Assembly: GCF_009914755.1 (NCBI RefSeq)
Contig: NC_060934.1
Length of the DNA stretch: 64,000 bases
Direction: 5' to 3' (one strand)
From: the human T2T-CHM13v2.0 reference genome, Homo sapiens
Below, one piece after another: positions 1 through 11,949 of the stretch. Both the position numbers and the translations under genes were made by a program. The notes under the pieces were generated by a model. It worked only from the letters and a program-made list of their open reading frames with translations. It was not told where the DNA came from and made no database searches. Position 1 is the stretch's first letter. The number at the start of each line of letters is the position of its first letter.

Positions 1-48
1 GCCTCCCAAAATGCTGGGATTCCAGACATGAGCCACTGCACATGGCCC
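1..48 (-). mobile_element. Alu 5' end, cut by the window edge
   Basis: gcctcccaaaatgctgggatt..catgagccactgcacatggcc is the reverse complement of the Alu left-arm start. Confidence 0.9.
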
Positions 49-879
49 GTTTCAAGTTTTAAACTTTTCATTTTTATAAATAATATTGCCTGAACCTGCT
101 CATTCATAAATTTTTGTCAACATTTCCAAATTTGTCCTTTGCCTACATTTCTAAAAATAGAATTCCTGGCATAAAAAGTATTAATGCTTTTCATATTGCG
201 CTATCAAATTGTGTTCTAATAAGACAATAATAACTTAAACTTTCTGATCAACATTTGTTTTCTTTTTTAATCTTGGTCAGTTTGACAGACAAAAACAAGG
301 ATCTTTATGTTTTAATTTAATTTGCTATCAATAGAATCCATAGGCTTGTGCTTCTGAATCTCCAGCAGAGCTTTTTGTTTGTTTGTTTGTTTTTAAGGTG
401 TTTGTTTGTTTAGTGTTTCTGGAAATAATTTATAAACAGATTTCAGACATGAGAAATCACAGGTTCAAATTATTAATGTACAAATATTAATATTTGGAGA
501 AAATAAAAATATTAAATGCTAACATTAGAAACATTTGAAAGTGGAAAATGCAAACCAAAAACTTCTACTGATAAAATCTATTAATCTAATGTATCCACTA
601 AAGTCTTTTTCATGGTTTTTATGATACCAGAAAATCCCAGCAGGCTGGCTGAGGCCCTCCTCTTCTGCAAAGCGGAGATAAAAGTGTCTCCTCAGCCTTG
701 CCCATGGGCTAACGTCTCCTCCCTCAGTTTCCTAACGAGCGCACCTCTTAAAAGAGCGCAGGAACCCACAGACATCTGTCTTCTGGCACTACCACTCACT
801 GCAACTCCACATATCTGGTTTCACAGCAGTGATCTACAGAGATCCTATTATAGTCCACGATGTTGCATATCTGTTCCAT

Positions 880-1339
880 TCAGCACAGGCATGACTTGCT
901 TTTAATCGCAACCAAACCAAAAATAGTAAGCATAAATAAAAAAGTCCAGTAATGATCAATTTTCTGATAATACATTGTTACTCCTGATGAGCTAGTCTCC
1001 AAATGACTTAGAAGGGGCAAGGGGGGATTTCCAGTGTTTTCTCGCCTTGAATGCATATAAGTGGGTACAGGACAGTCATAATGATTGCAAAAAAATGGCT
1101 TAATATTTATTCAGTGTAATTTAAATATTGCCTTCACTACGATGCAAATGCTAGATGTTCAGAAAGGGCTCCACAAGGATTTTCACAGCAATACACACAT
1201 ATTCTTCTCTTTCTTGGTCCTGAAGGCTCCAAAGTAGCTAATATTGCATCTTTAAATATATTCTTTACACCTTTTTGTGTGACTTCAAGTAACCTCTGGC
1301 TCATGAGCTTATTTGTCCTTGGTAAATTTCTCAATAGTA
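880..1339 (-). pseudogene. Ancient, degraded processed CDC42 retrocopy fragment (C-terminal CDS plus proximal 3'UTR)
   Basis: Minus-strand translation gives TIEKFTKDK and TQKGVKNIFKDAILATLEPSGPRKRRICV, against recalled CDC42 TIEKLAKNK and [31 protein letters not shown]. Downstream blocks gagccctttctg, gcaatatttaaat, tttttgcaat, tgtattatcagaaaa and ttaaaagcaagtcatgcctgtg occur in the order of the recalled CDC42 3'UTR. There is no intron at the TQ|K junction. Confidence 0.85.
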
Positions 1340-1784
1340 CTCTTTCATTCTACAAGAACACTATAGGATCCTCTGGAGATCAGGACATTAATATAGCAGG
1401 TAAAAATCTAACTAATGAAACAGCATTTCTTTTCCAAGAAATCTTTGCCATTGCTTCTGTGTTAGTAATGAGAAAGAGGGGAGAGGAAGAAAGAGGAGGA
1501 TGAAGAGAGGAAGAAGGAAAAGAAAGAAGCTCTATCCAGCCAAATAAGTGAACCAGAGGTAAAAAGACATAATTTATCACAAATTATGCCTGCTGATTGA
1601 ACTATGTTTTATTTTGCTGTTTAGCCTAATAAAATGTCCTTGGTATGTGTCAGTCTTTCTAAAGTAGGCTAAGATAATTGTTCGTATTAGGAGCTGCAAG
1701 CAATTTAAAAAATGACATGCACCACTTCTAGTGATTCAAAGAGAAAAGAATTATCATGAACAATTACACTCTCCATTCATGTCA

Positions 1785-2054
<270 letters not shown>

Positions 2055-2325
2055 TCATAACCCAATACATTAAAATTTAAATGTTTTAAAATTGTAACAT
2101 ATTGCTTTGCAGGTGAGATTTTTTGGTCTCAGTTATGCCTAGCTTTAAGTCTAGATCAAGAATTAGCCCATGAGGAACCTCCTACATTTTCCTAAGTTTT
2201 CTTGGCACACACTTATGTCCATCAAATGGATGAATAAATAAATGAAATACTACAAATTCAACTCAGTAAGGAAACTATGTATAGTGCTTACAGGTAGGTG
2301 GGCCTGTCAGAAAAGCATTCATTTT

Positions 2326-2530
2326 CTTTACTAAAGATAAAATACCTTTATCTTTATCTTTACTAAAGACAAAATACCTTTATCTTTATCTTTACTAAAG
2401 ACAAAATACCTTTATCTTTATCTTTACTAAAGATAAAATATCTTTATCTTTAGTAAAGACAAAATGTCTTTATCTTTATCTTTACTAAAGATAAAATGTC
2501 TTTATCTTTATCTTTACTAAAGATAAAATA
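2326..2530. repeat. 32-bp minisatellite (about 6.5 copies) with internal palindromes
   Basis: Unit CTTTACTAAAGA(T/C)AAAATACCTTTATCTTTAT is tandemly repeated, with one shortened unit. Confidence 0.92.
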
Positions 2531-4611
2531 GAAAACAAGCATATGGGGAGGAGTTTAGGGCAGTACTAGTGATGAAATAAGACCTACATAGCACCCTGTA
2601 TTCAAGGAGCTCAACAGAGCAGAAAAGACAGTTTTTTAGGCAAATAATATACAAATTATATGGTTAACTACACTTGATTAGATGCTGTTTATAAAAAGCA
2701 TTATACAGAGCTTCACAAGGCACCATGGGAGTTTAATAGCAAGACTTCAGGTAGCATGATCTTGTCCTCTTTCCCTCCTCTGCTCCAGCCTTTCTCGACT
2801 TCTGTTCTTCAAAGTTTGGTTGAACCAAACCATGTTTGGTACCTTCCATCTGGGCTTCTGCCCTGAATACTCTCTCTGCATAAAACACACCACCTGCCTT
2901 TCTTCTGAATAACACCTAGCTCACCCTTCATGTCATAATTTAATTTTCATTTTATCCAAGAAGTCTTTTCTTACTCCCAACATTCAGTATCTCTCCCTCA
3001 CAGCAACTGACATACTGTAATTCTTTTCTTAATTATGTACAATCATGTATTTAGGGCTAGCATGAATCAGGAGAGGTTTGAGGCAGTGCTGAGAAGGAAG
3101 GCACTGAAGTTCAGGCCGTAAACCCCATTTGATTTACTGCTATTTCTCCAGCATTCAACACAGCACTCAGCACATGGGAGGCAAACACTGAATATTTTTA
3201 GACTAATCTTCAGATGATGTCTTTTAAAAAGCATTTAGAGTAATACCTGGCATATGGATGGTGCTTAGTGTATGAAAGTTATCATTATTGCAATTGTCAT
3301 TCTTTAATAATCAAGTCAAATCCCTGCTGTGTGCCAGTCACAGGTACCAGAGAATAAAATATGTTATCTTATCCATGTAAAATGTATCTGTCAAGTGGGG
3401 AAATAGGACAGAGACACACATACACAGAGTAAATGACAAGAAAAAAATTTTTTGGTATGGGTAGGTACATAAGCACCTGTGGAAACTGGGACGTATCAAG
3501 GGGAAAGTCAAGTGGGTGTATTTGCTAATAAACTGAGGTTCTAACATAGCCAAATATCACAATAAGTGAACTATGTTATACTCTTAAACCTAAAGGCCTA
3601 CTCATGAAAGAAACATCCTAACAGAAAATTAACTCAGCAGCAATTAAAGGCAAACTTCTGTACCTTAAAAATGAAATGAACATGATACATGGGCTTTAAG
3701 TTTCACTAGAAATGCACAATTTCACAAATCACCTATTCTGTTATCCTGAAGTCTTCCCTTTACTAAGCTTTCCAACAGTTGGGCACTTCAGTGTCTCAGC
3801 ATACTGTGTGGCTGATGTAGAAAGGACTGGGGCAGTTGAAACACTTGTCTCATGTCAGAAAAACAGGATGTAATTGTGGCTCTGTTACTACCTTCCCCGG
3901 TGACTGTGGACAATTCACTTCCCTACTGTATCTCAGTGTCCTCAGTCATTAAATGAAGGAGTAAGGCAGAAGTTCCCTTGGGTTTTCATATTCGATTATT
4001 TCTGGGACTCTAGTCTCAACCAACAAATCTTCCACATCACTGCTGGAGTCCAGGGTTATGTCAACACAATAGTGCTTAAATAAAACCTTCAGTGACTTGC
4101 CATTGTCCTAGCAGCAATGCCCAGTCATTTGGAGTTCAAAAATAAGTAAAACAAAACTAAATGCAACAAGACAGTGTTAAGTCACCAACTCTTAATTTTT
4201 CAATTAAATGTATTTAAAACAATACTATTATTTCATAAAAGATATTTTAACAAATACAAAGATAAATGAAGGGTATTTTAACAAAATATGTAAGAATATA
4301 ATCACCAGGGGGAAAGCAGTTCTTTATATTGGGTAGATTTAGTTAGCTTTATAGAAAAATTCATTTTATTGTCCTTTTAAAAGATTTTACCATAAACTAG
4401 TGAAAATTTAATAATGGAGTGATTAGCAGTGAGCACTACTCATCAAGCATTTGGAAATTGGTGGTCTACCATGAATAGCTTGGAAACAAGTGGCTTTAGA
4501 GCTCTTTTTCTCTTTTCTCAAATATTTAAATAACTTAACAACATTTAAAAAACTAGAATATTTCATGTATTAATCTGGCTTTCCAGCTTCTCTTTAAAAA
4601 TGGAAAGTTTT

Positions 4612-4919
4612 GGCTGGGCGCGATGGCTTACGCCTGTAATCCTAGCACTTTGGGAGGCCGAGGTGGGTGGATCACCTGAGGTCAGGAGTTCGAGATCAGC
4701 CTGGCCAACATGGAGAAACCCCATCCCTATTAAAAATACAAAAATAAAAAAATTAGCAGGGCATGGTGTCTGGTGCCTATAATCCCAGCTACTCTGGAGG
4801 CTGAGACAGGAGAATCGCTTGATTCGGGAGTGAGCCGAAATCGCGCCACTTCATTCCAGCCTGGGCGACACAGCGAAACTCTGCCTCAAAAAAAGAAAAA
4901 AAAAGAAAGAAAAAAAAGA
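4612..4919 (+). mobile_element. AluS with a small right-arm deletion
   Basis: ggctgggcgcgatggcttacgcctgtaatc... with A-rich tail; TSD GAAAGTTTT at 4603-4611 and 4920-4928. Confidence 0.93.
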
Positions 4920-5321
4920 GAAAGTTTTGCTAACACTGGGCCCATATTCCTGTAGGATACCAAATAACTGGTGCTTAGTGGCAGTGACTCCAATTCTCCA
5001 CAGTCCCCACCACTCGCCATCACATTACACTGGTTCTCTTCACTCATCTATGTTACCTGCCTGGTAACATAGACCTCCAGGAGCTCTCTGCTTAGGCTTC
5101 TCAAAGTCTTTACTAAGAGCTAACTAAAAAGAAGAAGAGGAAAAGATGGGGAGTTGTTCTGCAAGAGTCACTCAGTGCTTTTGAGGGCTTTCTCAACCCC
5201 ATTTGAGCAATATTATGTAAAATACTAACCCTATCTTTAGTCTTTCTTAGGCTTCCTAGATCCAAGACACAGAGTTACCAGGAAGCTAAGTGTCTTCCTT
5301 CTCGGCTGAGATGCACAAGTA

Positions 5322-5696
5322 CAGTCATACTTCACTTCACAACAGGGATACGTTCTGAGAAATGTGTTGTTAGGTGATTTTGTCATTGTGGGAACATCAC
5401 AGAGTTTACTTACACAAACCTAGATGGTAGAGCCTATTACTAATATGGTATAGCCTGTGGCTTCTAGGCTAAAAACCTATACAGCATGTTACTGTACAGA
5501 ATACTATAGGCAGTTGTAACACAATTGTAAGTATTTGTGCATCTAAACATAGGTGAACATATAAAAATATACAGTAAAAATATAGCGTAAAAGATAAAAT
5601 GGTACACCTGTATAGGGCAGCTCCATTATAATCTTATAGGAACACTGCTGTATATGCTGTTCATTGCTGATCGTGACATCATGTGGTGCATGACTA
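5322..5696 (-). mobile_element. Tigger3a/Golem-type non-autonomous DNA transposon
   Basis: TA-flanked CAGTCAT...ATGACT(A) termini; internal cacctgtatagggcagctccattataatctta. Confidence 0.8.
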
Positions 5697-5754
5697 TAAT
5701 TTAATGTGAGAGTCGCACTAACGCTGAAGACTCCATGCTGTTATGAACTTGCGG

Positions 5755-5773
5755 TTTCCACTAGGGGGCAGCG
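5755..5773 (+). promoter_or_regulatory. Strong CTCF core motif in ANKRD22 intron 1
   Basis: CCACTAGGGGGCAGC at 5758-5772 fits the CTCF consensus; local CpGs are retained. Confidence 0.75.
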
Positions 5774-5969
5774 CAGCGTAAGAAAAGCACTGACAGCGGG
5801 CAGAAGGGAAGTCCAATAGAAAGTGCTGGTTCACAAGCCAGGTATGAAAAAGAGAAGAGGTTGTCCATTTGGGTTGCTGGAAAAGCTATCATAAACCCCT
5901 TTTAACCCCTTAAGCTCTGTAATTTGGGGGCACCCTGGGTGTAGAAGAAACACACTTGGGAAATTATTA

Positions 5970-6530
5970 TAATAACTCTATCCCCTAATAGTCTCAGAAC
6001 CCTTCTGTCCATCCTCACTGCTAAAGTACTGCTTCAGATCTTCATCATTCTCACCAAGACTATTGCACACAATTCTTTCAATCTCACGTGTTCCATATGC
6101 CGTTTTTACAACTTCATCTCCTACCACTGTCTTATCCACACCCTTGATCTAAATAAAGGTATGTGTGTTATTAACAGCCATCTCCCCAGCTAGACTGTAA
6201 GCTATATAAGGGCACTGTGACTACATGAGGCTACATTTTGTCTGTACTGATTCATCATTGTACCCCCATAACATAGTGCCTGGCACATGGTAGGCATTCA
6301 ATATGTACTTAGTGAGTAAATAAGAGAAGGAAGAAATTATAAGATGAGCTAACAGTTATTGAGTAGCTCAGTTATTCTATATTAATCCTCACAACAACCC
6401 TCTAAAGTAGTATTAATATACCTGTTTTGCACAGATGAAACTAAGGGAAATTGTTTTCCTTGCCCAAAGTGACATAGTTCACAACTGGCATGGCCAAGAG
6501 TCAAATCAAGGGGAATGACTGCAGAATGCG
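5970..6530. mobile_element. L2 3' fragment followed by MIR (approximate bounds)
   Basis: ctagactgtaagct...gtgcctggcacatggtaggcattcaatat (L2); aatcctcacaacaaccctct...ttgcacagatgaaact (MIR). Confidence 0.65.
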
Positions 6531-7611
6531 TACATTCTATCTCCAATCACTTTAGTCTTAAAAATCAGCCTTCAAAATGTCTTCTGGCTACAAGACTTCG
6601 CATTTGATATTTGTGTCCAAAATTAAGCTACAGTCTGTATTCGGGATATTGATCTGTCCACTTGTGGCACTGACTTGCTGGTTATACTGGTTATACATCC
6701 AGACTCCTTCTCCAACCTGACCTAGAATCAGCAATATCCACCAAGAGATAAGAAGTGTCATCAGAGAGTCTGCAGAAGAAACAGAAAAACGTTAAGACTC
6801 AAAGGCAAAGAAGTGAAAGTTTCAAGAAGGAAGACAAAGATCACTGAATGTGATCATTAGCAGCCATGCAGAGGCCAATTTTCATACAGTGATGGGGCTG
6901 AAGGAAGAATACAGAGGCCTGAGCACATTGTCTATGAAGAATTAGAGGATGCAATTGGAGAGGAATTGTAGTCAGTTTGGCAGTGAAAAAGCTGTTAGGG
7001 AAAGCTAGAGACTTCAAAGAGGGGGGTAGCAGTGTCCAGCCAACGTTCCACACGTTTGTAAGCAAAGTGGTGTCATCAAGTGGTTACAAATCCAGGCTCT
7101 GGAAACAAACTCTCTGGGTTCCAATCTCAACTCTGTGACTTAACAGCTATGTTATTTGGACAAGTTACCTAGACTCTTCATGCTAAGTTTCCTTCTGCTT
7201 TTGATAATCATGCCTTCTTTATAAGTTTCAGAAAGAATTAAATGTAACTGTGCAGATGAAGCACTTAGCTCAGATCTGAGTCACAGTAAACCCTCAATTA
7301 ATGTTAGCTACTCTTATAATTATTAAAGCATAAGGAGCCAATGAAGATGGACAGGAGTGGTTATGAGAGGGTAGATAATTGATCAAAGAGAGTGAAGAGA
7401 TGATAGGATAGAGAGCATTAAGATGGAAACATTAGTCTCCTACATAGAAGGAAAATTCTGGCTCTAAGGCCAAAGCAAGGGAGAAAAGAGAGCTACATGG
7501 ATGGAAAGAAGTTTAGACTGACTGAAATTTTTGCCAGAAAGTCAGAGGTTTGATCTTCATTCATTATACTACTATATATTTGTCATAAATAAATAGATAC
7601 ATCTAGATAAC

Positions 7612-7970
7612 TAATATGGTTTGGCTGTGTCTCCACCCAAATCTCATCTTGAATTGTAGCTCCTATAATTCCCACATGTCATGGGAGGGACCCAGTGGGA
7701 AGTAATTGAATCATAGGGGTGGGTCTTTCCCATGCTGTTCTCATGATAGTGAATAAGTCTCACTAGATCTGATAGTTTTATACAGGGGAGTTCCCCTACA
7801 CAAGCTCTCTTTTGCCAGCTGCCATGATTGACTTTGCTCCTCATTTGCCTTTTGCCAGATTGTGAGGCCTTCTCAGCCATGAGGAATTGTGAGTCAATTA
7901 AACTTCTTCCTTTATAAATTACCCAGTCTTGGGTATATCTTTATTAGCAGCATGAGAACAGACTAATCCA
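7612..7970 (+). mobile_element. THE1 (MaLR) solo LTR
   Basis: taatatggtttggctgtgtc...gagaacagactaatcca; 5-bp TSD ATAAC at 7607-7611 and 7971-7975. Confidence 0.92.
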
Positions 7971-9775
7971 ATAACTAAATAAATAGCATTGACATTTAAA
8001 AAGATGAATGGATTAATGACAGGAGATGTGATTGAGACAAGGGTAGATGAGACTTTTGAGCATGATGGGGAAGATTTTGGACCATCGTAATTAAAACTGT
8101 CTACATGAAATGAATAAAAATATAAAATGGCTTTGAAAACCAGGTTGTAGAAACACAGTAAGAAGATAGAGTTGACTGAGCCTGCCATGTGAGTTTGTGA
8201 TTTTCTTCAGCAAACCTAGATGAGGGAAGAGTACAGAAAGTGAAGAGGCCAAGAGCAAGGATTAGGAAACATGTCTGTCAGGCAAGAGAAATGAGAGGAG
8301 AGTGGTTTACCATTAAATTCAGTCTTAATGGGCATCATATGTAAGCCAGATAAAGACAAATGAACTTGCAAAAAGAGAGAGACAAGCAAATAGAAACACA
8401 GAGAAGGATCAGAGCACAGTTCGTACATGTGGTCTATTAGAAAAGTAACCAGTTTAGAAGTTATCAGAGAGATGTTACAGATAAACTCTGTCTAGGGATG
8501 AGAAGTCAAGGGTGGCCTTGTTGGGTATCTGATTTGGAGTAGAAACACAGGTCAAGAAGGGAGAATGAAGCTTATGGATGTTGAGGTCACTGAGGATGAC
8601 CCCGGGGGACAGAAAGAAAGGGGAACTTGTGTTCCAGGGAGGTGGAAGTGGGCCCTGGAATACAGTGGACAGAAGGGAGAATGTAGAGAAAGGGCCATAA
8701 GCAGAGATTTCAAGTAAGAAATTGAACCATGGTCAAAAAACAACGGTGACCAAGAAGTAGACTGAATCAGCAGCCACCATAAGAGAAGGTGTCATAATGC
8801 CCAGGAAAAGCCAGATTTCAGTGAAGGCACAGAGGAAAACAGACTAGTAGGCGAGGAGGAGATTGAAGAGAAGGAGTATTTACCAGCAGGGTGCATGAGT
8901 TCCCATGGGCTAACCTGTGAACAGCGCTCCCTAGAGCCGTGCTCTGGACAACCTGAAAAGCTAAGACACAGGATTGATAGGGCCCACTGACTAACTTTTC
9001 TCTTCAGCCTCATCTATCAATCTCCCTTTTGCTCACAACTTTGTGGTGATTTCTGGGGCATTCCAGGTTCATTTCTGTCTTCTGGCCTTTACACTTGCAT
9101 GTGACCTATATGGCGGGCTTCCTGCTAGGCCAGATCAAGTATCAGCCCATGAATCACCTCCTCAGAGAGGACTTCCCTGACCACTCAGCCTCCCAGCCCA
9201 GGAACTTTCTCTCTCTCACATAATCTTGTTTTATCTTTTTAAATTGCACTAATTGGTATTGAAATGGGGTGTAATGTGCCCAAGTTCCTAGAAAGTGAGG
9301 TATCTATGACTTTTACCTGGTTTTTAAAGTGCCCCTCAGTGGGCCAACTGTGTATAAACCACTGCTGTTCTGCAAGCTCTCCCATCTCTGGTCAGGTCAA
9401 TTTCCTCACTTCTATGTTTGGGCTACTGGCTTGCCATCCTTATCTTTTAAATTGTGCTATCTATTCTTCAAGGCCCATCTCATGGTTCATCTCCAAGAAA
9501 TCTCTTTCATCTTTCCTACCTGCAGCAGGAAATATACAGAACCTCAAGCAGCTCATTGGCCTTAAATGAGCTAGTGGGTTAAATGTAGTCTCCTTAACTA
9601 GACTGTAACCCTCCTGAAGTTAGGCTTCCATAAGGTCAAGCACCCAGAACATGGATAAAAGTCATTTGTTGGTTGACACATGGATTCATCCGATCTGGCT
9701 GGGAAGTGAGGCTAGGAAAGGGGTTGATGTTTAGAAGGTAATCGATCATGTAAGGACCAGGACAATATTTCGCCT

Positions 9776-9955
9776 CAGTGGTTCTCAACCTTGGCTAAAT
9801 ATTGCAATCATGTTTGCACCAACTTAATGTTTAAAACACGACCCAGGCCCCACTATTGACCAGTTAAATAAGAATCTGTAAGAATAGGATTGGGGCATTA
9901 GTGCTCTTTAAATTTCCCTGGTGATTCTGATGCACAGTGAGGGTTGAGAATCTCT
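9776..9955. mobile_element. MER5A-type hAT-Charlie MITE
   Basis: cagtggttctcaaccttggc...ggtgattctgatgcacagtgagggttgagaatctctg. Confidence 0.75.
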
Positions 9956-11542
9956 GCAAAGGTAAAAGAAACAAGCCCCCCATAATGGAAGTAAAAATTT
10001 AATGTAACATTGCAGCTTTTAAACTCACATTAGCTAAGGAGCATTCAAAACTCTGGAATAATGGAACATTAGGAAAAATTTTTTGTGTCCTTTTGCCTTC
10101 CCACATGTTTGTCTTTAAAAGGAGTCAAGAATTTGGAGGTAAGGTTTCACTCTGTTCACTTCCATCTTACTTGCCCAGGCACTAAAATTTAAGAAGCGTC
10201 CATGGGTAGAATATGACGCATCCGGTATGTTGATGATTAACTAAAATAATCAGCATGTTGATGATTAACTGTATGTATTACTTAATAATATTTTGCACTG
10301 CTCTAAGTACAATAGATATCACAGCTGAAAAAATATTTGTTATTATTTTAATAGTGTAGAAACATCTGAACAACTTGTACCACTATGGATGTCTTTAAAA
10401 GCAAAGCTTCCCCCAAATTACCCCCACTTTTTAGTGTTGTTTTCCCTAAAGTATAATGGAGCTTCTGTAATTCCCAATCTAAGGAAAGACTGTGTAGAAC
10501 TTTGCCTGTGGCTCAGAGGAATTGGTTCACTGTTTATTAGCCATCTCCATGCTACAAGCTCCCCTCACTTAAAATGTTCCATGAAAACTTCTGAGAAGGA
10601 TTTGTAGGTTTTGGAGCAAAATGATTCCGGTAAAGAGCCTTGTGATTCACGAAATGTCTTCTCAGAAAAGGAAGGAAGATGTTTTTCTTTCTCTTCAAGT
10701 TAAGAAACCTTGGAGAATGATAATAAAAACCTATTGGGTTTAATTTGATTTCTACAATTAATCCCAAGCCTTTGTTTCTGATAACTCACTCTTCACATAC
10801 TGTATTTTATAAATTCCTTAGGAAATGTCTTCTTTCAGACAAATAAAAAAGTCGCAATAATTTTTTAAAGGCTGTTCTAGGCCCACTCCGTCTCTGTGTA
10901 ACATGGAGGAAGGTCCCACCACTGGCTGGAACGTGTAGAGAAGTCATAGTTCCTCATGAACGATAGCAGAAGGGGAAATAGAAGCAGGGCACATATTGAT
11001 CTATGTTTTCTACTCTTTATCCTGAAAGGTCTGTTTGAGAACATGAAGTTATGTTCCTTGCCAGGAGGCTAAAAAAACCCCATTGCCACACTTCTGACTC
11101 CAGGACATCAGAAACTCTGAGGTCATGAGGACCAGGGGAAAGCAGAAGATCCTTCACCTCCAGCGAGGAGTAAGGGTGGAGGAAGAGTGGGTTCTGGCTG
11201 CTAGAAAATGGCAAATCAGAAGCCCTGATATTCCCCTACTACCTCAGACCACCACAGAGGTATTCACAGAGAAGAGAGAAGGCAGTAGGGTGCCCATAAC
11301 TAGGTAACATCCAGTTCTACAAAAGGAGGGAGTAAGAGAAAAAAAAAGAAAGAAAGAAAACCTTTGTGGTCTTCTTCCATTTCATTGGTGTAACCACTCC
11401 CACCTGGCTAGTTTCAACCTACAAAAGAGAGAGCAACGAACTCAGAGTTGAGCAAAATTGGCTTTCACAAACCAGTTCAAGCTGACTCAAGCCAGCTCCA
11501 GCCTGCTCCAACACACCAGCAACAGGAACTGGCATATATTTC

Positions 11543-11949
11543 CGTTAAAGTAAGTTATAATGGAGACCAGGCTTGAAGAATCTCTGGGCCAGACAAATCC
11601 ATTTAGACCTCATAAGTGACCTTAACCTTGCTCAATTTGCAAACATAACCAAAACTTAACTTCAGCTATTTCTTATAAATCCCTATATTAAAGAAAAATG
11701 AAACCAAGTTAACTAATCAGAAGCCTAACTTACATAGAGACTTTCCAGCAGAATCGACCAAATAAAGCAACTCTATAACTGCAACCAATCAAATATTTTC
11801 TGTGCTTTACTCCCTTTTTCACCCTATAAAAGCCTTCTCCTTGCATTCCCTCCAAAAAGCCTGCAAACCACAGCTGTCCAATTCCTGAATCGGTATTTGC
11901 TCAAATAAATTCTTTTGAGCTTAACCGTGCCTCATTTTACCTTTTGACA
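11543..11949 (+). mobile_element. ERV1 solo LTR (MER57/MER93-like)
   Basis: (t/c)gttaaagtaagtt...CCAAT box, ctataaaa TATA, caaataaa polyA, ...ttttgaca end; homologous to 27705-28127. Confidence 0.75.

Noticed and set aside
1468-1528. Polypurine tract (H-DNA candidate)
   Set aside because: Ordinary GA-rich low complexity with no long perfect mirror symmetry
2326-2530. CRISPR-like array (32-bp palindromic repeats)
   Set aside because: Repeats are contiguous with no unique spacers, in a eukaryotic context with no cas genes
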